From Neodothiora populina (taxonomy: Eukaryota), in contig NW_027191410.1 of the NCBI RefSeq assembly GCF_041146345.1, positions 1,240,001-1,304,000 on the forward strand: a DNA stretch of 64,000 nt, given 5' to 3'. The position numbers and the translations under genes are program-made. The notes beneath the pieces were generated by a model. That model saw only the letters and a list, made by a program, of their open reading frames with translations. It ran no database searches and had not been told where the DNA came from. Positions 51,471-62,461 of the stretch are shown piece by piece. Numbering within the stretch: position 1 is the first letter of the stretch; every line of letters begins with the position of its first letter.

Positions 51471-51576
51471 GAGTGTTAAGCATTATGTTATGAGGCGGCA
51501 GGGTGTGTTATGAATCAGGCCTTGGCTTTTATCAGGATATACGATGGTTCAAAAAGAGCACGAACGGACAGTAGTG

Positions 51577-51606
51577 GTAGTAGTAGTAGTAGTAGTAGTA
51601 GTAGTA
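51577..51606. repeat. (GTA)10 microsatellite
   Basis: Perfect trinucleotide run about 105 nt downstream of the GWT1 stop. Confidence 0.9.
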
Positions 51607-52028
51607 TTGTAATAATTCACTGTACAATTTTAGTTTAGAACATCGTCTTCTCCACCTCTATTTCCCTCCCTTATCCTTCCTTTCTGTACTCTTATCATTC
51701 AGCCATCAACACTTGACATGATAGACCTATTCTTGACTACGGGAAATGATAAGATAAGGTAGCTGAGGTGTTGTTATATAAGGTATCTACCTGTAGTGAT
51801 AGAGAGAAGGAGGAAAGAGCAGGCCTTGGCATCGTCACTGCCGTCTCAAGTCGCGTCTTCCTTCAACCGCGTCTCATTTCTTTCTTTTCATTAACCAAAT
51901 AATCAATGCGATTCTTGCGCCATCTTGCTAACATCATCGAATGACCCACGACGAGTTCAGAGGCAGTATGGACGACTCGATCGAGTTCACATGAACCCCC
52001 ACCACGAACAGACTAAACAGCAACAGAG

Positions 52029-53138
52029 ATGTCTCCCGCTCCTCCCCCTCCTCCTGCTGCCGCTGCTGCCTCCCAGTCCTCGCTCTTGCCCGCAGCGACA
52101 GCAGCATCACCAATAGCGACTCCGTCTGGCAAACGCAAACGACTCGAGACGGCTCAGGCTGCGCTACACAAACCTTTTCGATCTCCTCTGAGGACAGCTA
52201 CAACGACCATGACCACCTCGTTGTCTTCTTCTCCTACCGCGCAATCTGTCAACGGCGAACATGTTCGGAACAGCAATCTCGATGGCGACGGCAGTGGCAG
52301 TGGCAGTGGCAGTGGCAGTGGCAGTGGCAGTGGCAGTGGTAGTGGTGGCAGTGCGGTCACACCCAAGACGCCGGGCAGAGCGACAGCGGCAGCAAGAAGA
52401 ACAGGGACGCAGTCTCGGACAGAGACGCCGGCGATGAAGACACTGCATAAAGAGGGGTACACCCCGTCGAGGTTGTCTTATACGAGAACGGCCAGTCGAC
52501 CGCTGGAGCGAGAGGAAGCGTCCAAACCACTCGCTAGAAGAACAGCAGTCACTCCATTCCCCGCCTCCTCTCGAAGAAGCTCCGCAGGATCACCGACTCC
52601 CGACGACGCCGCAATGTCAGCTCTGGAGCAAGAGATTAAGGATCTAGAGACCCAGACCCGCTCAATCGAGTCCCAGATCGAGATGCTGCGACGAGCAGAA
52701 GTTCTTTTCTCCCATCCCGACGCCGCCTCACAGCAGTCCAGTGCCAAAGAACCGGAGATTGACAGTCTGACCCGTCTCATAAACAAATGGCGCATCATCT
52801 CCCAGTCGGCCGCCGACGCCGTTTTCGAAGACACGAGCGCCAGATTCAGAGACATGGGAGGCATGCATGCCTATCGACGACGACAGAGGGATCATTTCCG
52901 TGAGCAAAAGGGGTTTGGTCATGATGAGATGAGCTCGTCGAATGGAAACAGAGATGAAGATGCCGAAGCGGACATGATTGCGGGCGAAAAAGAGAAGACG
53001 CCAGAAGAGGAAGACGAACCAGAAGAAGTAGAAACGGAAGAAGAGAACGAGTTCACCATGGCCACGATGCTCCAAATGCTCAACATCGAGCCGGACACGA
53101 TCGGCTGGGACGAGGAGAACCAGACCTGGCTGTCGTGA
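52029..53138 (+). CDS. Sfr1/Mei5 (Dds20)-like Swi5-dependent recombination repair protein
   Basis: ALHKPFRSPL, coiled coil, LINKWRIISQSAADAVF...DMGG, and C-terminal FTMATMLQMLNIEPDTIGWDEE. Confidence 0.8.
   Translation: MSPAPPPPPAAAAASQSSLLPAATAASPIATPSGKRKRLETAQAALHKPFRSPLRTATTTMTTSLSSSPTAQSVNGEHVRNSNLDGDGSGSGSGSGSGSGSGSGSGGSAVTPKTPGRATAAARRTGTQSRTETPAMKTLHKEGYTPSRLSYTRTASRPLEREEASKPLARRTAVTPFPASSRRSSAGSPTPDDAAMSALEQEIKDLETQTRSIESQIEMLRRAEVLFSHPDAASQQSSAKEPEIDSLTRLINKWRIISQSAADAVFEDTSARFRDMGGMHAYRRRQRDHFREQKGFGHDEMSSSNGNRDEDAEADMIAGEKEKTPEEEDEPEEVETEEENEFTMATMLQMLNIEPDTIGWDEENQTWLS
52290..52343 (+). repeat. Coding hexanucleotide repeat (GGCAGT)8 + GGTAGT encoding (GS)9
   Basis: Perfect tandem copies inside the Sfr1/Mei5-like ORF. 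Confidence 0.92.
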
Positions 53139-53517
53139 ATTGTTCAGTCTCTCTTTGAGCGAAGTCGCGTCTTTGTGATGAAAATAATGAGTGCACGAAG
53201 AATGGTCCCTTTTAGCGTTGGCTTGATTGTCTGCTTGCTTGCTTTTCGCAAACTGCCTAAACGTCAGAGATACCCCCCCCCCCCCCCTTTGTTCTTAGCT
53301 GCCTCAATCATGAGTGACGGTCAAAAGGGACCGAGAGATTTAGATGCATTTTTGCTTTTCTTTTCTTCGCAAAGAATTATGTACATAAAAACGAGGATAT
53401 ATCAGTCACAAAGACATAAACCTATGCGGTATCAAAACAAGTTGAATGCAAGACATGATCAGAACAGAAACCACAAGCAACAGGAAACAGAAAAACCCCC
53501 CGCCCAATGAAAGACAA

Positions 53518-55304
53518 CTAAGAAGAAGAGGCCTGGCAAAGTCTACCATCCTCTTGCGGAACCCAGTAATCAGACCCGACAGCAGTGGTCGCATAAAAGA
53601 CATGATGAGGGTCGTACTTGTTCTTGATCTCGTTCAGCCTCTGGTAGTTGCTGCCGTAAAAGACACTCTCAAAGTCAGGCTGTTTGAAGTCGGCCTCGTT
53701 GATGTAAGCTGAACCGTTCGGCGTCAGCTCGGCCAGCTTCGGGATGAAGACGTCTGTCATGAGATCCTGGTTTGCGATCATTTCCTCCCAGGGAGCGGTG
53801 AAGTTCCACGGGGTTGTGAGCGTCAAGTCGATGAGAGTCTTGCGCCAGGCCGGGTTGACGGAGTTGACTGGATTACCTGATCTTGCGAGCGAAGCGTTGA
53901 CACCGACACCGATACATTGGCCACCTTTCTCATTGATGAAGCGGACCGCCTCGGTAAATCCAGTGTTGTTTCGCTGGATGAGGGAACGTGGGATGAGGCG
54001 GCCGCCATACTGAGCAATTCCGACCTCGATTGGCGAAAACATGGAGCTGAAGTGCTTCATGTAGGTGTCAAACTCGCCGATATAGCTGGTGTAAGTGATG
54101 TTCAAGCTATCAAGCTTGGTCGTCAGAGGTGAAAGCAGAGTCTTGAGCTGAGCCGCCGTAACCTTGGGACCCGTCAATGGCGAGATGGAAAATGACTCGT
54201 TGGTAAAGTACCACACGCTCATGACGCCCGCATCCACAATTGCAGGTAGGGAGGCATGGAAGGTTTCGATCGCTTCATAGAAGACATCTTTCGAGATACC
54301 GGTACTGGTGAAGGTCAAGTTGGCGCCGCCAGTGGGAGTGTCAGGATGAGCCTTGGAAGTCAAGGAAAGAACGACACCGTAGGTACCGCCGCCGCCGCCG
54401 GACAGGGCCCAGTAAAGGTCTGTATTTTGTTTGCGGTTGGCGACGAGATATTGTCCAGTGCCAGTGATAACTTCCCATTCGAGAGCTTGGTCAGCAGCAA
54501 GTCCGTGGGTAGACGTCAGTGCGGAATGACCACCTCCTTGGGAATAACCACCAGCGACGCCAACAGAGGGACATTCACCACCTACAACCTGGAGACCTCG
54601 GGCATCTGCGGCGGCGTAAGCTTCAAACCCTTGTACACCAGCGCCCATCTTAATGGCCTTGCCGGTGTAGTGCTCGTCGGACCAGTCCTTGAATTCGATA
54701 TCCTTGAGGTGGTACATCCACAGGCCAAGAGCACCAGCACCGGTGCTCTTGCCGATGTAATCATGGCCGGTATTTCGAATGACCAAACGGATGTTATTGT
54801 CATTGGCAAACTTAATGCCTGCAGCAACATCGTGTCTGGTGGAGACATTGATCGAATACTGGACGTAAGTACCAATCACGCACTGACTCGACTTGGGTTG
54901 AAATGGATCGCAGCTCTGATTGGCAAAGAACGGCGCCATGACGGAGGCAGAGTCCGGGTAACTTGATCGCGTCAGCAAATCGAACGATTTATTTATGGAG
55001 CCAGACTAAGGTCTCATCTTGCTTCCAGAAGAACGTACTGCGTCTCAGGGTCTTCCCACTTGGCCTGCAACTCGGCACATTTGGTCTCGTTGTAAGTAGC
55101 GTACTGATCAATGTGACAGGCAGCAGCGAGTGGAACGGTCGCGATGAGGCGGCCTCCAACTGTCTGGTTGAGGCTGTTCCAGACATCAACACTGGGCCAA
55201 CATGCATCGCCTGGGAAACATCTGCAGCTCTGCTCTGCTACTCCCTGGGAGCCAATGTCCGCCGAGACTGAAGCAGCCAGTAATCCAAGCGTAGCTGGAA
55301 GCAT
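53518..55304 (-). CDS. Secreted FAD-linked oxidoreductase (BBE-like, isoamyl alcohol oxidase type); intron 55038-54962
   Basis: Signal peptide MLPATLGLLAASVSA; CRCFPGDACWPS; RNTGHDYIGKS FAD-binding His motif; GGECPSVGVAGGYSQGGGHS; BBE domain AYINEADF...FYGSNYQRLNEIKNKYDP. Confidence 0.92.
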
Positions 55305-56846
55305 CGTGTTTGAGGAGTAATGCCGACGCACGAGGGTGATGCTGGGTTGGAAAATAAAAGGGGAATCGCGTATAGAAATGCACACTGAGAAGCACCTCAC
55401 GTGCTATTGATATGCATCAGTGCAGAGTGAGATTTGAATGTCACGACGACTAATTAATGCTGGATGAGGACCTACCAAACTCACCAGTGGAGGCTAAACC
55501 GTAAGAGTAAGGTAGCAAAGGAACGACAAGGATCAGTGCACATTCTACAGTACCTGTATCCACATGCTGCCGATGATGCGCCTTTCTGACAGTAAGATGG
55601 ACGATGGACCAATGATCCTGAGGTTCGGGCGTAGTGGGGAAGCGTGGAGTCCTACATTACACTCGAACAAGCAATAAGACAGTATTATTGTACGACAATC
55701 TGACAGCTATCAGCGAGCATTCCCACGTGGCACGTCACAATAAGGAGACCAATTCTCGATGCGGACTATATGCTTCTTATTGACGAGTTGGCCATCTCAC
55801 CTATACCCGGTAGCAGTCAGAGCGATGTGCCTCATGTCACAGGCCATTTATTGCCATCAGTTGTTAGTGGTCCATGTTCTGGGATCAGCGTGAGAAGTGA
55901 GCGCTGCAGGAGCCCGCAACTGCTACCACCGACGTCCGTGCAGCTCATTTCTGGGGGAATCCAAAGTGGCGGATGCACAAACTTAAGACTCTTTGCTTCC
56001 TAGCTTCCAGACGGCTTCGCATATCAGTATTTCATCTCTAAGACATTTTTCAACCTCAGGGCCTCCGCTGTCGGGCGACTGTTCTTGTGTCGACCTGTGC
56101 AACACGTGCAGGTCGAGCTATAGCAGCTAACGAATCGCATCACGATGCTTTTGGGTGCTGTCGTATTTGCAGCAGCCAACCAGCAAGCACGATGCGGCTC
56201 CACCGCCTCCTGTCCTCGGAAACAATGTCATTCCATCTGATAATCGGCTTCTAGCCATGGCCATACTTGTATGTCTGTGATAGGGCAGCCCGGCAATAGC
56301 GAGCGATCGGTTTCCGGTTATCCGGTTTTGCAAAGGTCGATGGGAACCCACGACAACTTACGATGTACGAGTCAGAGATGCTCGCTCAGAGTCCGACGTT
56401 TGTTCTGTGCACAGTGGACAAGGTAAAAATACCGTCGGAAGTTCTCAGTATTTGGAAACAGATAGATTATTGGTTTCGATAGTGGTTCACGAAGACGATT
56501 CCTCCCAAAAGAGGGTGACTTAGCCGAGCAGAAGACTACAAACCCCTTGGTGCTGGTGCTATGCAAGTATAATAAAGCATTTCAGACAGATTGCCCATCA
56601 AGTGTTGCAGATCACTTGTCCGCTGGAATTGACTCGGACAAGAACAAATTCAGAGGCAAATGGATCGTCAGGAAACACAATCTCCGTGCTTTGGTGACGT
56701 CTAATGGCCATGGCGATGCCCGCAACTGAGGCACCAGTGAGCCCATACTCAAAAGCCAGCAGAGGTGTCTGCCGTCTCCGCGAGAACTTCTGTCGCATCA
56801 TGTTTACCATCTCTATACAGCGTGACCTTGATCAGATCCGTTGCTC

Positions 56847-58295
56847 ATGACACCTCCACCACACCCACCACACACCCTGGGCTGGGTGTACAACCTCGAT
56901 CATGTGCCCGAGACCAGCGACGCAGGACAAATCATCACGATTGCGGTGGTGTTTCCGGTTATTGCGGTACTCATCTCAGGTCTCCGGCTCGCAACACGAA
57001 TGGCCGCGAGTCGAGTCGGATGGGATGACATTTTCATTACACTAAGTGCAGTAAGTCTGGCCGAGCCGACAGCCAGAAGCGACATGAAACTGACAGTGTA
57101 CTCGAAGCTCCTTGGTATTGGGTACAGTGCAACATCAATTTACCGTTTGTAGGCGCCGCAGCCCAGTGCCATGTCCGACTGTGCTGACGAAGCCATAACA
57201 GAAACAAGATGGGGACTAGGACTTCAGACACGGGATTTCCCACCAGAAAACTTGGTCCGCTTTAGCAGGGTATGTTCGTTGGATATCATGGTATGCAGCG
57301 GATGTCTAACAAGTCGACAGGTACAATACTGCGGTGGACCACAATACTGCCTTGCCGTGCTCGGGTTCAAGCTCTCGCTGTTGTTCTCATATCTCCGCGT
57401 GGCTGGATTCAACCGGGCTTATGCTGTCACGATCAACGTGGTTATTGTCGCAGTCATTATCAGTCAAGTGATCTTTGCCATTCTCCTCTCGGCTGCATGC
57501 CACCCGATCTCAAAGCAGTGGAACCCAGCCCTTCCGGGAGAGTGCATCGACACACTGGCGACATACTTTGCTCTTGGAGGCACGAGTTTGACATGGGATC
57601 TGATAATCATCGTGCTTCCGTTACCTATTGTCCGAAGGTTACAACTCGACAGACAGAACAAGGTTAGTCTTTCTTTTGGGTGAATTCTGGCAGATGGGGT
57701 GGCTGATGGAGCGAGACAGATGGCACTCGGTGTGGTGTACGGACTCGGATTCTTTGTCACTGTGGTTCAGGCGATCCGAATGCGCACTGTGGCGAAGCTA
57801 GCCAACTACGTTGAATCGGAAGCGATCATCGAGTGGTCGATAGTAGAGATGAATCTCGGAGTGATAGTGGCCTGTGTGCCGGCTCTCGCGCCGTTGCTTC
57901 GACACTGCAGTAAACAAGTGGTGCAAACGTCACGATCCAAACTGGCGAGCATATCTCCAAGCAAGTTCGGAAGCGGACACGGCAGCGAGCACATCAGCGA
58001 AGTGGCAACGAAAGTCGGCACGCAAAGCCGGGCCAGCAGGAAGATGGCAGACACCGAAGGCTTTGAGCTCTATTCGTGGAACGGCGAACGACACGTGTGG
58101 CACGACGCCAATGCGCGGCCAGGGTCTGACCGAAAGTTACTGTCGACGTTGACGCGCAGCAGAGGCGACCGGGATGATGAACTGGACGGGATAAACGATG
58201 TTGAGAAGAAGCAGCAGCAGCAGCAGAACGACAGGATCCATGTTCGGCTCGAGGTGACTGTTCAACAGCGGGAGGATGGCAAGGGGGGTATGTGA
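56847..58295 (+). CDS. PTH11-like (fungal rhodopsin domain) membrane protein; introns 57051-57107, 57145-57201, 57270-57320, 57663-57719
   Basis: GWDDIFITLS, QTRWGLG, FKLSLLFSYLRV, CHPISKQWNP...CID, DLIIIVLPLP, QAIRM, WSIVEMNLGVIVAC; splice phases all fit. Start is tentative. Confidence 0.85.
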
Positions 58296-58683
58296 TGTCA
58301 GGTCGGGTGAAGGGAAAGAGGTGGCAAAGGAAGATGGGATGATATCCATATTGGGTCGAGGGCAGGCGTACAAGGGGTAAGGATGGGGGGATCTTTGTCT
58401 TGTTTCTGGATTTAGCTAAGGTAATGTTCATGCACTCTCTCACATGGAGAGCCACGGCCGCGTGTATTTCTCTTTTCATGTCAACGGCGTGTTTTGTTGA
58501 TACAGCTCTCTATCGTTTCTGTGGTTCCTGTCGTGTTCAGGTTGATCAGAAAAACAAGTTGGTTGTGAATGTATTGGTCGTGTTAATGTACAGGGAGAAG
58601 GGGAAACATGAATCAGGAGTCACTTGAGCAGCGGTCATCGGAGATGGGACGAGATAAGATAAGATTTTGTCGCTCAACCCCTC

Positions 58684-58722
<39 letters not shown>

Positions 58723-58750
58723 GATGGAGATGGAGATGATGATGAAGATG
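58684..58750. repeat. (GAT)12 microsatellite with degenerate extension
   Basis: Perfect GAT x12 at 58684-58719, then GAA GAT GGA GAT...; explains the spurious poly-Met and poly-His ORFs. Confidence 0.9.
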
Positions 58751-58755
58751 ACTCA
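58749..58755. promoter_or_regulatory. Gcn4/CpcA-type element TGACTCA upstream of HIS4
   Basis: Perfect TGACTCA about 605 nt upstream of the HIS4 ATG; partial matches at 58617-58622 (GAGTCA) and 59154-59159 (TGAGTC). Confidence 0.5.
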
Positions 58756-59360
58756 AGGAAGAGAAGAAAAAAAAAGCGAGGGGCTTGGCATCACCAGTCA
58801 TTGTCTGATTATTATTATTACAGGTATCAGAGGATATTATTGCTGGTTTACCATCAGTTAAGGTATTCATAGAGTGCCCAGGTGGACACTAAAGTTACTG
58901 CTGCTGAGAGTCGATGACGACGATGAAGAGGTAAGTACAGGAGGCATAGAGGCATTCGGTAGAGGCAGAAGATATTTTGGCCTCGGAGGGTCGTTGCCGT
59001 CATCGCTCAAACAAAGGCGGGATAATTGAATTATTGTATTGGACATTGCCCTATCGAGCCAAAGTTGGGGTGGATCCAATTACTGTATAGGCAGAAAAAA
59101 AGAGGCGCGTGGTGGGGTGTTTCCTGCTTCTTGTTCACCTTATTCTTCTGGTATGAGTCGTAGTCTGGTGGTCTTCTTCTTCTGCTTCTGTACATGATAA
59201 ATACTTTTCTGCAACCGCCATCATCTACCTTCCGACGAATATAATTCAATCTCTCTCAACCCACGACCCCTGTGAGGTGTGAGGGTCTTCTTCTCTTTGC
59301 TTTTTCTTGTTCCTTGCCTGCTCTGAACTGGGCAATTATTGACATCCATACATCGCAATC

Positions 59361-62064
59361 ATGGCGACATCGTTTCTGCCGGCGATTGACATTGCCAGAT
59401 ACGAATCGTCACAGCAAGGACTCTCTGCAAAAGCACTGTCTTTTATCGGCAGTGTCTATACCATTGCCACCCCCGACAACCTCGACAGCGTCTTCTCTTA
59501 CCTGCCCGCCACATTCTCTCGGTTCCGCACCTACCTCGACGTCTCGCTCCTGCCCTCACTGGACGATGTCGTCTCTCTCCTCGACGCCGGTGCGGCAAAG
59601 GTGTTTGTGTCGCGCGAGCAACTCATCGCCCTCAAGACCACGGAGAACCTCGACCTGGGCAGAGTGGTGCTGTCTCTCGCCGGCCAGGCTGATCAGGAAC
59701 TAGACATCCTGCAGGATACCCCTGTGGGCATCTACCTGCACGGCATCCAAGATCCTTTCCTCGTCGAGGGCCTCCTCCAACAATACGGCAGCAAGAGACC
59801 GCCCGTCTACGTGTCGCTCGCCAATGCCAGCGAGGAACACGCCATCCAGCTCGCCCGCATCCACGCCACCCCCATTGTGCCCGCCACTCAACTGACCGTC
59901 GACCAAGAGAAGGAAGCGCAACTCATCAGCGCCGCCGCCCTGCTCCTCGCCAACGCCGTCAGCGACCGACCGGACACGCTGATCCCCTCGGTCGTCACCG
60001 ACGAGCGCGGCACCGCGCTGGGTCTCGTCTACAGCAGCGCCAAGAGCGTGTCCGAGGCGCTGAGGACGGGCACCGGCGTCTACCAGAGCAGACAACGCGG
60101 TCTGTGGTACAAGGGCGCGACCAGCGGCGACGTGCAAGAGCTGGTCAGGGTCGAGCTGGACTGCGACCACGACTGCCTCAAGTTCACCGTCAGGCAGCAG
60201 GGCGCCGGCTTCTGCCACCGCTTCACGCCGACCTGCTTCGGCGACGGCCACTACTCGGGTCTCACCAAGCTGCAGTCCACCCTGCAGTCCCGCAAGCGCT
60301 CTGCCCCCGAGGGATCCTACACCGCCCGCCTGTTCAACGACCCCAAGCTGTTGCACGCCAAGATCCTCGAGGAGGCCAACGAGCTCTGCGAAGCCCAGAC
60401 GCCCTCGGACATTGCCTTTGAGGCCGCCGACGTCCTCTACTTCGCCCTGACCAAGTGTGTCGCCGCCGGCGTCAGCCTCGAAGACGTCGAGCGCAGCCTG
60501 GACGCCAAGAACCTCAAGGTCAAGAGAAGGAGAGGAGACGCGAAGCCTGCCTTTGCCGAGAAGGTCGGTCTCGATGACAAAAGTATCGAAGCATCAAAGG
60601 ACGAGATCAAAGAGGCGGCCTCTGTGCCCAAGGACAAGCAGGACCCGGCCGGCAAGAACCCCAACAACGGCAAGATCCAGATGCGCCGCATCGTCACCAG
60701 CCAAGAGTCGGAAGCCGCCGTGCTCGAGGCACTCAAGAGACCCAGCCAGAAGTCGTCGGAGAAGATCATGGCCATCGTGAACCCCATCATCGCCAGCGTG
60801 CGCGAGGGCGGCGACAAGGCTCTCCTGTCCTACACGCACAAGTTCGACAAGGCGACCAGCCTGACCACTCCTGTGCTGCGCGCGCCCTTCCCCGACCACC
60901 TGATGCAGCTGCCTCGGGAGACGATTGACGCCATCGACATCAGCTTCGAGAACATTCGCAAGTTCCACGCCGCCCAGGCACAAGACAAGCCCCTCGAGGT
61001 CGAGACGATGCCCGGCGTCATCTGCTCGCGCTTCGTGCGTCCCATCGAGCGAGTCGGGCTTTATGTTCCCGGCGGCACCGCTGTGCTTCCCTCGACGGCG
61101 CTGATGCTGGGTGTGCCTGCCATGGTCGCCGGCTGCAAGAAGATTGTGCTGGCGACTCCGCCGAGGGCAGACGGCTCTCTGACGCCCGAGGTTGTCTACG
61201 TGGCCAAGAAGGTCGGCGCCGACCAGATTGTCATGGCGGGCGGTGCTCAGGCAGTCGCCGCCATGGCCTACGGAACCGAGTCTGTCCACAAGGTCGACAA
61301 GATCCTGGGTCCCGGCAACCAGTTCGTCACTGCGGCAAAGATGATTGTCAGCAACGACACCAGCGCCAACGTGGCCATCGACATGCCCGCCGGCCCCTCG
61401 GAGGTTCTGGTCATCGCCGACAAGACGTCCAATCCTGCCTTTGTCGCCTCGGATCTGCTGTCTCAGGCCGAGCACGGCGTGGATTCTCAGGTCATCCTGA
61501 TCGCCGTCGACCTGTCCGAGGGACATCTCCAGGCCATCGAGGATGCGCTCGACGCCCAGGCCAACGCTCTTCCCCGTGTCGATATCGTGCGTGGAGCCAT
61601 CGACCACTCGGTCACTCTGGTTGTCAGGTCCATCGACGAGGCGATGAAGCTCAGCAACGAATACGCCCCCGAGCACCTGATCTTGCAGGTCGACAACGCA
61701 GTCGCCGTCAGGGAGATGGTCGAGAACGCCGGCTCCGTCTTTGTCGGTGCCTGGACTCCGGAGTCGGTCGGTGACTACTCCGCCGGAGTCAACCACAGTC
61801 TGCGTAAGTCCTCCTTTCTGTCCTTTTTCGTCCATCTACAAAATAAAAACTAAGTCTCTTCTAGCAACATACGGCTACGCAAAGCAGTACTCTGGCGTCA
61901 ACCTCGGGAGCTACGTCAAGCACATCACGAGCAGCAACCTGACCTCCGAGGGTCTGAGGAACGTCGGCAAGGCCGTCATGCAGCTGGCCAAGGTCGAGGA
62001 GCTCGAGGCCCACAGACGCGCCGTCGAGATCAGACTGGAGTACATGAACAAGAACAACTTGTAG
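59361..62064 (+). CDS. HIS4: Trifunctional histidine biosynthesis protein (PR-AMP cyclohydrolase, PR-ATP pyrophosphatase, histidinol dehydrogenase); intron 61804-61864
   Basis: GLWYKGATSG, DCDHDCL, GFCH, SYTARLF, KILEEANEL, GLYVPGGTA, GPGNQFV, IDMPAGPSE, SQAEH, YAPEHL, GDYSAGVNHSLPTYG across the splice junction. Confidence 0.97.
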
Positions 62065-62461
62065 TCTCCTTATCTTCTTACTTGAGTCTACCTTGCAAAA
62101 AAAGCCCGTGCATGGAGAAATAGGGAGAGGAAACAAAAAGTATTTGGAATTCCTTCTAGAGCTGGAAAGGGAGAAAAAGTGCCCTGATGAAAATAGATGT
62201 GGAAATGATATATTTTGTGCTCCATCTTGTATCTTGACACTCCCTGTTCGATTATCTCACATGAACTAATTCTTTGTGTTATCACACAGTCGATTGGGCT
62301 TGTGGATGGATGAAGAGATGAAGAGGTGTACGAGTTGATTGATCCCAACAAGATCACTGAGAGTGACGAGAGAGACACATAGAACAATTGGCAGGGAAAC
62401 TGAAAAGGTCATGATACGCTTGCTATCCATCTTGTCTCATCTCATTCCATCTCATAGGAGC

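Noticed and set aside
58613..58870. Poly-Met and poly-His ORFs
   Set aside because: Translations of the (GAT)n microsatellite.
59700..61835. 218-aa and 413-aa minus-strand ORFs
   Set aside because: Antisense to HIS4, which has strong C/G-ending codon bias.
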